A DNA stretch of 64,000 bases from an uncultured Verrucomicrobiae bacterium (GTDB taxonomy: Bacteria > Verrucomicrobiota > Verrucomicrobiia > Chthoniobacterales > JAATET01), in the NCBI GenBank assembly GCA_963719495.1, contig CAVRCI010000015.1:64001-128000 (forward strand), in the 5' to 3' direction. A model generated the notes under the pieces. That model saw nothing but the letters and a program-made list of their open reading frames with translations, ran no database searches and was not told where the DNA came from. The first letter of the stretch is position 1. Every line of letters starts with the position of its first letter. Below, in pieces: positions 36,788 through 47,902 of this stretch. The position numbers and the translations under genes are program-made.

Positions 36788-37623
36788 AACGGGATTTGCG
36801 GGGTTACCTTCTCACGGGCGGGATCGTGCTGGCGGCGGTGGTCGTGGCGTTGCTGCTGCATGCGCGCTACACGTCGCGGCCCTGGACGCGGGACGCTCAG
36901 GTGCGGGCGAACGTCGTCGGGATCGCGCCCCGGGTGACGGGTCCGGTGGTGCGCATCGCGGTGCGGGATAATCAGGCGGTCGCGAAGGGCGATCTGCTGT
37001 TCGAAATCGATCCGGCGATCTTTCAGGCGCGGCTGGACGAGGCGAACGCGGCGCTCACTCGGACCGGTCGGGAATGGAAGCGGCAGACCGAGTTCTTCGA
37101 GACGAGTGTCACGGACGAACGGGCCAACGTGAACGGCCAGGACAATCTCGCCTCGGCGAAATCCCAGCTGGCCTCCGCGCGGGTGGCCGCCGAGGGCGCG
37201 AAGCTCGATCTCGGCTACACGAAGATCGTCGCGCCGGTCAACGGCTACATCACGAATCTGATGACGAGTCCGGGGACTTACGTCCGGGCGGGGCAGGAGT
37301 TGATGGCGCTCGTGGACCGCGATTCATTCTGGGTGGCGGCGTATTTCAAGGAAACCCAGCTCGCTCACATCACGGAGGGGCGGGCGGCTGAGATCACGTT
37401 GATGGGGCACGAGGCGTCGCCGTTTTCCGGAGAGATCGACAGCGTGGGGTGGGGTGTCCACCGGGCGGACGGTGCCGCGGCGGACGATTTGCTGCCGACG
37501 GTGAGTCAGACGCTCGACTGGGTGCGGCTACCGCAACGCTTCCCCGTGCGCGTGCGGATCACCGGTGAGCCGCCGGTGCCGCTGCGGATCGGACAGACGG
37601 CGTCGGTGGTCGCCGGCGAATAA
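36784..37623 (+). CDS. HlyD/AaeA family efflux membrane fusion protein
   Basis: PWTRDAQV, VRDNQAVAKGDLLF, YFKETQL and WVRLPQRFPVR motifs. Confidence 0.92.
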   Translation: MKRDLRGYLLTGGIVLAAVVVALLLHARYTSRPWTRDAQVRANVVGIAPRVTGPVVRIAVRDNQAVAKGDLLFEIDPAIFQARLDEANAALTRTGREWKRQTEFFETSVTDERANVNGQDNLASAKSQLASARVAAEGAKLDLGYTKIVAPVNGYITNLMTSPGTYVRAGQELMALVDRDSFWVAAYFKETQLAHITEGRAAEITLMGHEASPFSGEIDSVGWGVHRADGAAADDLLPTVSQTLDWVRLPQRFPVRVRITGEPPVPLRIGQTASVVAGE

Positions 37624-37791
37624 GGCGGTCGGGGGCGGGAGGCTGGCCGCAGCGCTGGACGGTCGTTGGCAAGTTACGTCTTCGCCACGCGGGCAAAGGT
37701 TTTGTCACAGGCGGCCCCTTTACGAGGTGTCCGGCCGGACCTAAATCCGGGGTCCGATGACGACAACCCAATCCAATCAGCATCTCGACCA

Positions 37792-39879
37792 ATGAAAAAT
37801 TCCCTGATCAAGCGGCTCAGCCGCCGAACTCTTTCGATGGCGACGGCGGCTTTCGCCCTGGCCGCCCAGGCGGCGAGCGCGCAATTCACCCTGACCGTCC
37901 TCCACAACAACGACGGCGAATCGAAGCTGATCGGTAACGCTCCCGAAGGATTCGGGGGCGCGGCCTACTTCGCGACCGTCCTGAACAACGAAAAGACCGC
38001 CGCGACGAACGCAGGCAACGGCGTCGTGACCATTTCCTCGGGCGACAATTTTCTGGCTGGCAAGACGTTTGCGGCCAGCCTGACGAATGGCACGTTCTAC
38101 GACGCGCTGGCGATCTCGTCGGTCGATTACGACGCGATCACTCTCGGCAACCACGATTTCGATTTCGGGCCCGATACCCTCGCCGATTTCATCGACGCGG
38201 TCACCGCCGGCGTCTACGTCTCGGCCAACCTCGACTTCACGGCGGAACCCGGCCTGCAAGCGTTGGTCACGGGTGGGAAAATCGCCCCGAGCGTCGTCGT
38301 CACGAAGAACGGCGAACAGATCGGGATCATCGGGCTCACGACCCCGACGATCACCAACATTTCGAGTCCCCGCGCGGTGGTGGTCGACAACGACGTCGCG
38401 GCGGCGGCGCAAGCCGAGATCGACCGGCTCACCGGGCTGGGTGTGAAGCACATCATCCTTGCGAGTCACCTCCAAGGGATCGAATCCGAGAAGGCTCTCG
38501 TTCCCCTGCTCTCCGGCGTGGACGTCGTCATCGCCGGTGGCGGCGACGAGATTCTGGCGAATCCGGGCGCGCTTTTGCTGCCCGATCAGGCTCCCTCCGA
38601 CCCCTACCCAGTGATCGTGAAAAACCGGGACGGCTTCGACGTTCCCATCGTGACGACCAACGGAGAATATCGATACGTCGGACGACTCGACGTCACCTTC
38701 GACGCAAACGGCGTGGTCGTCGGTGCCACGGGTAATCCGGTGCGCGTCGCCCGCGAAGACGCTCCGACGCCGACCGCGGACTCGGTCGCCGCGGACCCAG
38801 CGGTCAAAACGAACGCGGTGGATCCCGTCGTCGCATTCGTGGCGAACTTGAACGCCAACGTCATCGGGTCGAGCCAGAGCAATCTGGACGGACGGCGCAA
38901 CTCGATCCGAAGCGTCGAAACGAACCTCGGCAATCTGGTCGCGGACGCGTTTCTGAACGTGGCCCAGAAGCGGGCCGCGGTTTTTGGGGTGAACCCGCCG
39001 GGGGTCGCGCTCACGAACGGCGGGGGTATCCGGAACAACACGATCCTCCCTCCCGGGCCGCTGTCGGAAGGGACAACTTTCGACGTGAATGCCTTCAGCA
39101 ATTTTCTCGTGGTCGTGCCAGGCGTTCCGCTCGCGACTCTTCGATCGATCCTCGAGAATTCGCTCTCGCAGACGGTCGTCGATGGCGATGGCATGATTGT
39201 GCCGCAGGGTTCGAATACGGGTCGTTTCGCCCAGATTGCCGGTTTTCGGGTGGTTTACAACTTACAGGCTCCCGGTTCGCTCCTTTCGGCGGATGGCTCG
39301 GTCCTCAGCGATGGATCCCGGGTGAAGGATGTCTTCCTCGACAGCGGGCAGGCGCTGATTCTGGACGGGGTCCCCGCGCCCGGAGCGCCGACCACGGTCG
39401 ACGTCGCGACGTCGGCATTCCTCGCGGGTGGCGGTGATGGCTTCCCGTTTGGAGGAGTGCCCTTCACAACGCTCGGGATCACGGATCAACAAGCCCTGCT
39501 GGAATTCATCCGAAACGATCTCGCGGGGACGGTGACGGCGGCAACTTACGGAGGGCCCCGAGGTCGGATTCTTTCGGTTTCCCAGGCGTTGCCGCCCGAG
39601 CTGATCCCGCCGACTCCGCCGACCCCGCCGCTTCTCTCGGTGGCCGATCGCAACATCGTCGTCCGCAACGGGCGCAACGGCGTCAAGATTCGCGGAACGT
39701 CGACGTCCAACGCGTTCTTCGTCCTTGTCGATCGTGAGGTTGCCAATGGCACGACGACGTTTCAGAAGCGGGTCAGGTTGAAGGAAGGCCGGCGCGTCAC
39801 GAAGTTCCGGGTGCGGGCCGTGAACTCCGCCGGCCAATTTTCGCGGACGACCGTGGTGCGGGTGCGGCAACGCAAGTAG
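37792..39879 (+). CDS. Secreted 5'-nucleotidase / metallophosphatase with basic beta-rich C-terminal domain
   Basis: LHNNDGES, SSGDNF, GNHDFD, ETNLGNLVAD and NGGGIR motifs; signal peptide. Confidence 0.92.
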   Translation: MKNSLIKRLSRRTLSMATAAFALAAQAASAQFTLTVLHNNDGESKLIGNAPEGFGGAAYFATVLNNEKTAATNAGNGVVTISSGDNFLAGKTFAASLTNGTFYDALAISSVDYDAITLGNHDFDFGPDTLADFIDAVTAGVYVSANLDFTAEPGLQALVTGGKIAPSVVVTKNGEQIGIIGLTTPTITNISSPRAVVVDNDVAAAAQAEIDRLTGLGVKHIILASHLQGIESEKALVPLLSGVDVVIAGGGDEILANPGALLLPDQAPSDPYPVIVKNRDGFDVPIVTTNGEYRYVGRLDVTFDANGVVVGATGNPVRVAREDAPTPTADSVAADPAVKTNAVDPVVAFVANLNANVIGSSQSNLDGRRNSIRSVETNLGNLVADAFLNVAQKRAAVFGVNPPGVALTNGGGIRNNTILPPGPLSEGTTFDVNAFSNFLVVVPGVPLATLRSILENSLSQTVVDGDGMIVPQGSNTGRFAQIAGFRVVYNLQAPGSLLSADGSVLSDGSRVKDVFLDSGQALILDGVPAPGAPTTVDVATSAFLAGGGDGFPFGGVPFTTLGITDQQALLEFIRNDLAGTVTAATYGGPRGRILSVSQALPPELIPPTPPTPPLLSVADRNIVVRNGRNGVKIRGTSTSNAFFVLVDREVANGTTTFQKRVRLKEGRRVTKFRVRAVNSAGQFSRTTVVRVRQRK

Positions 39880-39904
39880 CGCCGACGCTTTCCAGGAAAC
39901 TGGT

Positions 39905-39940
39905 AACACCGTCCCGCACCTCGAGGCGGGGCGGTGTTTT
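39905..39940 (+). terminator. Putative intrinsic terminator
   Basis: AACACCGTCCCGC/GCGGGGCGGTGTT stem followed by T's. Confidence 0.6.
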
Positions 39941-40041
39941 GCGTTTGGCGGAGGTGTCCGCCGACGGCTCGCGGGAGCCTTGCCCCCTTGGTGACAGATG
40001 GGCCCCGGGTTGGGGACTCGACTCCCGGCAAATCGCGGGCG

Positions 40042-40503
40042 CTATTCGCCCGGAAAGGCCGGCAATCCGCCGACGGACATCCCAGGGTAGATCCCGGCTC
40101 GACCGAAATAGCCCTGCGGCACCTCGATCGTGTAGGCGATGCTCGAGAACTCGCTGTCGACCGGCGTCTCGTCGAGCGGCTGGAGATCGTGAATCTCCAT
40201 GATGATCCCGGCCGGATTCACGTAGGCGATCGACAGCGGGACGGACGTGTTGCGCATCCAAAAGCTCACGGGGCCGACCCGGTCCATCACGAAAAGCATC
40301 GCCTCGCCGTCCGCCATCGTTTCGCGAAACATCATCCCCGTGTTGCGCTCGGCCGGCTCGTCGGCGACTTCGGTGAGTAATTTCTCCGAGCCAATCGTGA
40401 GAATCACCGTCGGGAGCGTCGGCTGAGGGGCGTCGGCACGTAAAACACCCGGGGAGAGCAACGCGCCGACGAAGAGGAGGAGCGAAAAAAATGCGGATCG
40501 CAT
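40042..40503 (-). CDS. DUF192 domain protein
   Basis: EVAD..ERNTGMMFR, MLFV and FWMRNTSVPLSIAY motifs. Confidence 0.92.
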   Translation of the reverse strand: MRSAFFSLLLFVGALLSPGVLRADAPQPTLPTVILTIGSEKLLTEVADEPAERNTGMMFRETMADGEAMLFVMDRVGPVSFWMRNTSVPLSIAYVNPAGIIMEIHDLQPLDETPVDSEFSSIAYTIEVPQGYFGRAGIYPGMSVGGLPAFPGE

Positions 40504-40684
40504 GGGGCGAAAGGCTATCGAATCTGTTGACAGTGGCGAACCCGATTTCGCAATTTGGGCGAGTTTTCGGCGGTGCGTGAAGTGCCCGGAAACCATCAGA
40601 AAAGTGATTGCTATAAGTTTTTTTAATACTAGGTTCGACCACCTCGCCGGGTGCCAAGATCACCTGGCTGCTTGACCCATCGAA

Positions 40685-41347
40685 ATGGCGAATTTTTTTC
40701 CGAAATGGACGAACTGGCTTCCGTTGAAGCTCCTGATCTGCGTGGGGGCAGTGGTGAGTTTTCTGGTAGCCGGGATCTGGTATTATTTCACCCCGAAATA
40801 CACCCGCGTCGGCTATGAGCCGAACCAGCCGGTGCCCTTCTCGCACGTCATTCACGTCGAGCAGCTCGGGATGGATTGCCGCTACTGCCACAGCTTCGTC
40901 GAGGTCGCCTCCCACTCGAACGTGCCGACCACGCAGACCTGCATCACCTGCCACGGCGAAGGCCGCGTCCAGCACAACAATCCGAAGCTCACGGCGATCG
41001 TTGACAGCTGGGAGACCGGTCGGCCGATGCACTGGAACCGCATCCACGAGGTGCCCGATTACGCCTACTTCAACCACGCGGTGCACGTGAATCGAGGGGT
41101 GAGCTGCTACAGCTGCCACGGCAACGTCACCGAGATGGACGTCGTGTATCAGCACGAGCCGCAGAGCATGTCTTGGTGCCTGGAGTGCCACCGCGCTCCC
41201 GAGAATCACCTCCGTCCGCCGGAAGAGATCTATAACATGAACTGGAAACCCGTCGCTGGCGGCGAAACCCAGCTCGAGATCGGCACCAAGTTCAAGGAAG
41301 AATGGGCCGTCAATCCTCCCGTCACCTGCGGAGGCTGCCACCGATGA
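40685..41347 (+). CDS. actA: Alternative complex III penta-heme cytochrome c subunit
   Basis: Five CXXCH motifs, QPVPFSH, N-terminal TM. Confidence 0.9.
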   Translation: MANFFPKWTNWLPLKLLICVGAVVSFLVAGIWYYFTPKYTRVGYEPNQPVPFSHVIHVEQLGMDCRYCHSFVEVASHSNVPTTQTCITCHGEGRVQHNNPKLTAIVDSWETGRPMHWNRIHEVPDYAYFNHAVHVNRGVSCYSCHGNVTEMDVVYQHEPQSMSWCLECHRAPENHLRPPEEIYNMNWKPVAGGETQLEIGTKFKEEWAVNPPVTCGGCHR

Positions 41348-44300
41348 AACGCATTTTACCCCACCCCGCCCGCGAAGAGCGCCCGACCATGTGGCGCAGT
41401 CTGAGCGAACTCGAAAACCGCCCCGACTTTGCCGAAGCCTTGGGACGTGAATTTCCCCGCGGAGCCGACGTCTACGAAGACAGCGGGCTGTCGAAACGCG
41501 ATTTTCTCAAGCTCATGGGGGCCTCGATGGCGCTCGCCGGCGTGGGTCTCAGCGGCTGCCGACGGCCCGAGTCGTTCATCGTTCCGCTCACCGAGGGCGT
41601 CGAGTGGACCATCCCGGGGAAATTTCTCTACTACGCGACGTCGATGCCGACCCGCCTCGGAGCGATCCCGCTGATCGCGACGACCTCCGACGGACGCCCC
41701 ACCAAGCTGGAGGGCAATCCGCTGCATCCCTACAGCAACGGCGGCACGGACGCGTTCGCCCAGGCGAGTATCCTCGACCTCTACGACCCGAATCGTTCGA
41801 AGGAAATCAAGCGGGACGGAGCCGTGGTCGGAGCCGACAAGCTCGCCGAATACCTCGCGAAGATCAGCCAGCAGAGCGGCGAAGGTCTCGCCATCCTCGC
41901 CGACGGTCAGCAGAGCCCGACCCGGGCGCGGCTCCGGGACGAATTGCTCGCCAAATACTCCGGCGCGATCTGGGCGGAATACGAGCCGCTCGGCGCTTCG
42001 GAGTCCGCCGCCGCGGTCGAGGCTTCCTTCGGAGCGAACGTCCGAGTCGTCCCGAATTTTGCGGAAGCCGACGTGATTCTTGCGCTCGATAGCGATTTTC
42101 TGAATCCCAGCGGCGTGGGTCCCGCTTACGCCCGGGACTTCTACACCCGCCGCCAGCCGGACGGCAACGAGATGAACCGTCTCTACGTGGTCGAGAATCA
42201 CTACTCGAACACGGGCGGTCTCGCGGATCACCGCCTGCGTCTGCGGGCTTCCGACATCGGAGCCTTCGCCGCCGCGCTGGCCGCGAAGGTCGGAGCCGAG
42301 GGGGGCACCGCTTTTGCCGCGCCGAGTGCTTCGCTGAACGAGGAATGGATCGACGGGGTCGCCAAGGATCTGCTCGCCCACAAGGGAAAATCCATCGTCC
42401 TGGTCGGACCGGACCAGCCCGCCGCCGTCCAGGCTCTCGGGATGGCGATCAACCAGGCCCTCGGCAACGTCGGCACGACGGTCAAGGCCATCCAGACTCC
42501 GCCCGCCGAGATCTCGTCGATCGCGGATGTCGCGGAGGCCATCCGCCAGGCGAAAGTGCGCAATTTGATCATCCTCGGCGGCAATCCCGTCTACGACGCA
42601 CCGGCCGACCTCGGGTTCGACCAGCTCGTCACCCAAGTCCCGAGCACGCTCCACCTTTCCCTCTTCGCCGACGAGACGTCGCAAGCCTGCGAGTGGTCCG
42701 TTCCCGCGACCCACTACCTCGAGGCTTGGGGCGACAGTTGGACGTTCGATGGAACCCACTCGTCGGTCCAGCCGATGATCATGCCGCTGTATGAAGGGAT
42801 TTCGCAGCTGGAAGTGCTGGCCCAGCTCCTCGGTCAGCCACGACCCGTGGGTCCGGAACTCGTCCGCAAAACGTTCGAAGACAAGACGGGGCAATCCGGC
42901 GAGGCGCTGGAATCGGCTTGGAACGAATTCCTCCGCTCCGGTTTCGTCGCCGACACCGCGTTCTCCGAAGCACCGCTGAGCTTCAACGCCGGTGCGGCTC
43001 AAGCAATCCCCTTCACGCAGCAAGAAGCGGGCGACATGGAGGTCGTCTTTCTCCAAAGCTCGAGCGTCGACGACGGTCGCTACGCCAACAACGCGTGGCT
43101 CCAGGAGACACCGGATTTCGAAACGAAACTCACCTGGGATAACGCCGCACTCGTCAGCCCGAAGACCGCCAAGGAACTCGGGATCAAGGACGGAGCGCTC
43201 CTCGAAGTGTCCTCCGCTGGCAAGATGATGACCGCCGCCGCGCTGATCGCGCCCGGTCACGCCGACCGCTCGCTCTCCATCGCGCTCGGCTACGGCCGCA
43301 CGAAGGTCTCCCACCTCATCGACAACGTCGGTTTCAACGCCTACCCGTTGCGCACCACCGGCGGGCTTCGCTTCCAGCCCGTCTCTTCGGTCAAGCTGGC
43401 CGGCGGCAAACTCTACGAATTCGCCCGCCCGCAGGAGGCCCGCGTCATGGAAGGTCGCGACCTCTTCCGCGAGGGAACGCTCGAGCGTTACGAAGAAAAT
43501 CCCGCCTTCGCGAAGACCATCGGGATGGACAGCCACATCCCGGAAGAACATTCCATCTACAAAAATCCCTACTTCGAAGGCGAGGGCACACCGCTCGAAC
43601 CCCAGCAGTGGGCGATGACGGTCGATCTGAACGTTTGCGATGGTTGCAACGCCTGCGTCGTGGCCTGCCAGTCGGAGAATAACGTCCCGGTCGTCGGCAA
43701 GGATCAGGTCATCAAAGGCCGGGACATGGCTTGGATTCGGATCGACCGTTACTTCGCGAATCCCTTGGATCTCAAGGACAAGAAGGGCGAACTCGCCGAC
43801 GATCCCGAGATGGTCGCGGAGGCGATCATGTGCCAGCACTGCGAAAACGCCCCGTGCGAAACGGTCTGCCCGGTCAACGCGACCGTTCACAGCGAAGACG
43901 GTCTCAATTTGATGACCTACAATCGCTGCATCGGCACCCGCTACTGCGCAAACAACTGCCCGTGGAAGGTCCGGCGCTTTAATTTCTTCGACTACAACGA
44001 GCGTCCCATCGACGAACTCTACTGGGGACCGCTGGCCAAGGAAGGCATGGCGGAAAGCCTCAAAATGTCGAAAAATCCGAACGTCACGGTCCGCATGCGT
44101 GGAGTCATGGAAAAATGCACGTTCTGCGTCCAGCGGATCGAAGAGGCCAAGATCGCCCGGACCGTCAAGGCGGGCGCGTCGAACAAATACGAGACGCCGA
44201 TCGCACCGTTCAAGACGGCCTGTCAGGCCGCTTGCCCGTCGGAAGCCATCGTCTTCGGCAACATGAACGATCCGACCCAGCGAATCCACCAGACGCGCCA

Positions 44301-44571
44301 GGATCCGCGGGGATTCGAGATGTTGAAATACCTCAACGTGCGCCCGAGGGTCACCTACCTGGCCCGCATCAAGAACCCGAACATGGCCATGCCGGGCGCC
44401 GCTCTCGTCGGCAACATCAATTCCCCGGATTACCACGGTCATCACGACGACCACGGGGCCGATCACGCCGACGCGGGACACCTCGAGACCGGAGCCGCCC
44501 ACGGCGCTGATGGCGGGGCGCCCGTCGCTCCTCACACCCAACCGGAAGGCGTCGCTCCCGCGACCCACTGA
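41344..44571 (+). CDS. actB: Alternative complex III ActB (molybdopterin-oxidoreductase-like plus Fe-S domain)
   Basis: WRSLSEL extension, Tat-like [33 protein letters not shown] and CIGTRYC motifs. Confidence 0.93.
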   Translation: MKRILPHPAREERPTMWRSLSELENRPDFAEALGREFPRGADVYEDSGLSKRDFLKLMGASMALAGVGLSGCRRPESFIVPLTEGVEWTIPGKFLYYATSMPTRLGAIPLIATTSDGRPTKLEGNPLHPYSNGGTDAFAQASILDLYDPNRSKEIKRDGAVVGADKLAEYLAKISQQSGEGLAILADGQQSPTRARLRDELLAKYSGAIWAEYEPLGASESAAAVEASFGANVRVVPNFAEADVILALDSDFLNPSGVGPAYARDFYTRRQPDGNEMNRLYVVENHYSNTGGLADHRLRLRASDIGAFAAALAAKVGAEGGTAFAAPSASLNEEWIDGVAKDLLAHKGKSIVLVGPDQPAAVQALGMAINQALGNVGTTVKAIQTPPAEISSIADVAEAIRQAKVRNLIILGGNPVYDAPADLGFDQLVTQVPSTLHLSLFADETSQACEWSVPATHYLEAWGDSWTFDGTHSSVQPMIMPLYEGISQLEVLAQLLGQPRPVGPELVRKTFEDKTGQSGEALESAWNEFLRSGFVADTAFSEAPLSFNAGAAQAIPFTQQEAGDMEVVFLQSSSVDDGRYANNAWLQETPDFETKLTWDNAALVSPKTAKELGIKDGALLEVSSAGKMMTAAALIAPGHADRSLSIALGYGRTKVSHLIDNVGFNAYPLRTTGGLRFQPVSSVKLAGGKLYEFARPQEARVMEGRDLFREGTLERYEENPAFAKTIGMDSHIPEEHSIYKNPYFEGEGTPLEPQQWAMTVDLNVCDGCNACVVACQSENNVPVVGKDQVIKGRDMAWIRIDRYFANPLDLKDKKGELADDPEMVAEAIMCQHCENAPCETVCPVNATVHSEDGLNLMTYNRCIGTRYCANNCPWKVRRFNFFDYNERPIDELYWGPLAKEGMAESLKMSKNPNVTVRMRGVMEKCTFCVQRIEEAKIARTVKAGASNKYETPIAPFKTACQAACPSEAIVFGNMNDPTQRIHQTRQDPRGFEMLKYLNVRPRVTYLARIKNPNMAMPGAALVGNINSPDYHGHHDDHGADHADAGHLETGAAHGADGGAPVAPHTQPEGVAPATH

Positions 44572-44582
44572 TCAAGCTCACC

Positions 44583-46037
44583 ATGGCCGAAACCACCGCC
44601 GACACCTTCCACCCCGATCACGAGAGGCAGATCACCCGCCAGCCGCTGGTTCTCAACCAGCGCACCATGGGCTGGATCAGCAACTACATCTCTTCGATCA
44701 TCGAGGATAAGACCCCGAAGTGGTGGTATATCTCGATGGCCGTGACCGTGCCCGTGATGCTCATGTGCTTCGCGATGCTGGCCTACCTCATCGCCACCGG
44801 CGTCGGCGTTTGGGGCAACAACCATCCGGTCGGCTGGGCGTGGGACATCACGAACTTCGTGTTCTGGATCGGTATCGGCCACGCCGGAACGCTCATCTCT
44901 GCGATTTTGTTCCTCACCCGCCAGAAGTGGCGGACCTCCATCAACCGGGCGGCGGAAGCGATGACGCTCTTCGCCGTCGTTTGCGCCGGCCTCTACCCGG
45001 CGCTGCACGTCGGTCGCGTCTGGATGGTGTGGTTCCTCGCCCCGGTGCCAAACGCGAACGCCATCTGGCAGAATTTCCGGAGTCCCCTCCTCTGGGACGT
45101 CTTCGCGGTCTCGACCTACTTCACCGTCTCGATTCTCTTCTGGTACACCGGTCTCATCCCCGATCTCGCGACCATCCGCGACCGCTGCACGACGAAGATC
45201 AAGCGCTTCATCTACGGCTTTCTGGCACTCGGCTGGCGCGGCGGCAACCGCCAATGGCGTCACTACGAGATGGCCTACCTCGTCCTCGCCGGCATCTCCA
45301 CGCCACTCGTGCTCTCGGTGCATTCCGTCGTCTCGTTCGATTTCGCGACGTCGATCGTCCCCGGCTGGCACACCACCATCTTCCCGCCATACTTCGTCGC
45401 GGGAGCCATTTTCGGTGGCTTCGCCATGGTGCTCACGCTCATGATCCCCGCCGCGCAGATCTGGCCGGCCCTCAAAGACATGATCACCCCGGGTCACATC
45501 GACAAGATGTGCAAGATCATCCTGCTGACCGGTTCGATCGTCGGCTACGCCTACCTGATGGAGCTCTTCATCGCCTGGTACGGAGCGAATCCCTACGAGC
45601 GCGCGGCGTTCTGGTATCGGGCGACCGGTGACGGAGCCTGGTATTTCTACGCCCCGATGATGTTCTGCAACGTCGTCGCACCGCAGCTCTTCTGGTTCAA
45701 GTGGTTCCGGACAAACCTGATCGCGGTCTGGATCCTCGTCCAATTCCCGAACGCTGGCATGTGGTTCGAGCGATTCGTCATCATCGGAACGACCCTTCAG
45801 CACGACTTCCTGCCGAGTGCCTGGCAGCTCTTCCACCCGACCATCGTCGACATCTGCACGTTCATCGGAACGTTCGGGCTTTTCCTCACCTTGTTCCTGC
45901 TCTTCATCCGTTTCCTGCCGATGATCTGTATGTTCGAAGTCAAGGCCGTCCTGCCCGAAGCCGATCCGCACTACGACGGGGATCTGGAACAGACGCCCGG
46001 TGGAGGTCAGCCAACCGTGTCACCAACAGCCCACTAA
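44583..46037 (+). CDS. actC: Alternative complex III ActC (NrfD-family membrane subunit)
   Basis: [28 protein letters not shown] and [11 protein letters not shown] motifs. Confidence 0.95.
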   Translation: MAETTADTFHPDHERQITRQPLVLNQRTMGWISNYISSIIEDKTPKWWYISMAVTVPVMLMCFAMLAYLIATGVGVWGNNHPVGWAWDITNFVFWIGIGHAGTLISAILFLTRQKWRTSINRAAEAMTLFAVVCAGLYPALHVGRVWMVWFLAPVPNANAIWQNFRSPLLWDVFAVSTYFTVSILFWYTGLIPDLATIRDRCTTKIKRFIYGFLALGWRGGNRQWRHYEMAYLVLAGISTPLVLSVHSVVSFDFATSIVPGWHTTIFPPYFVAGAIFGGFAMVLTLMIPAAQIWPALKDMITPGHIDKMCKIILLTGSIVGYAYLMELFIAWYGANPYERAAFWYRATGDGAWYFYAPMMFCNVVAPQLFWFKWFRTNLIAVWILVQFPNAGMWFERFVIIGTTLQHDFLPSAWQLFHPTIVDICTFIGTFGLFLTLFLLFIRFLPMICMFEVKAVLPEADPHYDGDLEQTPGGGQPTVSPTAH

Positions 46038-46634
46038 ATGAGCGCCACCACGATCACCGCCCCGCCGACCGTCGAGAAAGCCGGCGATCCGAACGCTCCA
46101 ATCTTCGCGATGGGCGCCGAGTTCACCAGCGCCCGCGACCTTTACCACGCCGCCGAGCAGGTCCGCGACGCCGGCTACAAACGCTGGGACGTCTACAGCC
46201 CATTTCCGATTCACGGGATGGATGACGCCATGGGCCTCAAACGCTCGTTCCTCGCGCAGCTCGTCTTCCTCGGTGGTCTCGCAGGGTTTCTGACCGCCAT
46301 CGCGCTCCAATTCTACCCATCCTCGATCCTTTATCCGCTCGTCGTGGCCGGAAAGCCCGTCGACATCATGACCGTTCCGGCGTTCTTCCCCGTCATGTTC
46401 GAGCTCACGATCCTGCTGTCGGCCTTTACCGCCGTCTTCGGAATGCTGATCCTCAACGGACTCCCCCGCTGGAACCACCCGTTGTTCAACTGGGATCGGT
46501 TCCGAAAGGTGACCGAAGACAAATTCTACGTCTGCATCGAAAGCCGAGACCCCCAATTCAGCGAGCGCGGCACCCGCGACCTCCTAGCCAAGCTAGGCGG
46601 CACCGAGATCACGATCGTCTACGAAGACGAGTAG
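46038..46634 (+). CDS. actD: Alternative complex III ActD (DUF3341)
   Basis: YSPFPIHG, GKP and PVMFELTIL motifs. Confidence 0.92.
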   Translation: MSATTITAPPTVEKAGDPNAPIFAMGAEFTSARDLYHAAEQVRDAGYKRWDVYSPFPIHGMDDAMGLKRSFLAQLVFLGGLAGFLTAIALQFYPSSILYPLVVAGKPVDIMTVPAFFPVMFELTILLSAFTAVFGMLILNGLPRWNHPLFNWDRFRKVTEDKFYVCIESRDPQFSERGTRDLLAKLGGTEITIVYEDE

Positions 46635-46798
46635 GGCAGTGTAACTTTTTCGGAGCGGATGCGGTGATGGCTGTGAGCGCTGACCGGTGTTTGTTAGGGT
46701 CAATGGAGTGGCACGCTCTCGATAAAAATTAATTGATGGCCTGAAAAGGGGCGCGCTGGCTCATAGGGGTTATCTGCGCATTGATGGGGGCGCAATAA

Positions 46799-46944
46799 CC
46801 TAAATCCGGGAATGGACAGGATTTACAGGATTGAAAGGATTGAATTTCCGTGACGTCGAATCACATCTCCGCCAATCACTGGGTGATCGATCCCTGCCTC
46901 GGAAGTCATTCCCAACCAATCCTGTGAATCCTGTCTGATTTTCC
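46799..46944 (+). repeat. ~145-bp element with 9-nt-periodic AGGAT/ATCCT arms, copy A
   Basis: Aligns end to end with the reverse complement of 59701-59848; arms also match 62191-62333. Confidence 0.9.
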
Positions 46945-47052
46945 TTTTCGGGGTTAACGGCGGAATCGGATTGGATATTGATCTGGATTGATCTTCCACC
47001 TCTCAGTATCGAAATTGGGAAGGTCTTGAGCCTTCCCCCTAGACCCTAAACG

Positions 47053-47079
47053 AAAAACGGGGCGGAAGGATCCGCCCCG
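47053..47079 (-). terminator. Intrinsic terminator of the PEP-CTERM gene
   Basis: CGGGGCGGA/TCCGCCCCG stem followed by TTTTT on the minus strand. Confidence 0.75.
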
Positions 47080-47109
47080 CTCTGTTCAAATTTTTGTTGA
47101 TTTGATGAA

Positions 47110-47871
47110 TCAAGTTGTGACCTTGCGGCGTCTCCGGATCGCGAAGAGCGTCGCCAAGCCGCTAACGGCCAGAAGAGCGACAGTGCCGGGTTCTGGGACG
47201 GCGGTGGCGTTGATTCGCAGGAGCGGATCACCGGGGTCGAAGGTGTTGCCGACGCCGGAGTGGGTCGCCTCGACTGTGGAGTCAATTCCGCCAAGGATGA
47301 TGCTGAACTCGGAGTTGCCGTTAATGGCATTGAGCAGAGTTGTCTGCGCCATGCCCGAGAGGGACAGGCTGTAGGTGATCGTCTCGCCTCCCGACAAACC
47401 GTCCGCGATGGCGGAGAACTGCTGCTGGCCGAGCGAGATTGGTTGATTGCTTCCGAACTGCGCAGGATCGATTCCGGCCGTGAAGTTCGGATCGAAGAAT
47501 AATCCGGCGTAACTGCTCGCCGGAATCGTGGTGAGGAAGAATTCGATGATTCCGTCGGTTGTGAAGCTGCGGTCGTTATAAGTGAGGTCGAGTTCAATGC
47601 TGTCGATCGAAGCGAGCAAGTTACCGAAGTCGCCGCCGGCGTCGAACCGGAATTCTGCGATTCCATATTCCTCGAACCCGGACCCATCGTTGCCCCCACC
47701 GTAGAAGTCGCTGTTTCCTAATGGGCCACTGTCGTGAATCGCGTCGCTGAGCGTGGCGATCTTCGATGATTCAATCGCACTTGCAGCACCGATCGTGAGA
47801 CCGCAGACGAGAGTCGAAATCGCGCTGATTGTTTCGAGGCGTTTTCTGAAGGGTATGTTTTTTTTCTTCAT
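47110..47871 (-). CDS. PEP-CTERM sorting domain protein
   Basis: Signal peptide; C-terminal VPEPGT + TM + RRRRK. Confidence 0.93.
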   Translation of the reverse strand: MKKKNIPFRKRLETISAISTLVCGLTIGAASAIESSKIATLSDAIHDSGPLGNSDFYGGGNDGSGFEEYGIAEFRFDAGGDFGNLLASIDSIELDLTYNDRSFTTDGIIEFFLTTIPASSYAGLFFDPNFTAGIDPAQFGSNQPISLGQQQFSAIADGLSGGETITYSLSLSGMAQTTLLNAINGNSEFSIILGGIDSTVEATHSGVGNTFDPGDPLLRINATAVPEPGTVALLAVSGLATLFAIRRRRKVTT

Positions 47872-47885
47872 GTCACGCTTACGAG

Positions 47886-47902
47886 AGCAATTGTCAGGCC
47901 GA
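47886..47902 (-). promoter_or_regulatory. Possible sigma54 promoter of the PEP-CTERM gene
   Basis: TCGGCCTGACAATTGCT (GG-N10-GC with TTGCT). Confidence 0.4.

Noticed and set aside
37739..37751. ACCTAAATCCGGG matching the start of the 145-bp element
   Set aside because: Only 13 nt match and the periodic arms are absent; may be chance
40527..40556. TTGACA upstream of actA as a sigma70 promoter
   Set aside because: No convincing -10 hexamer at 16-18 nt spacing
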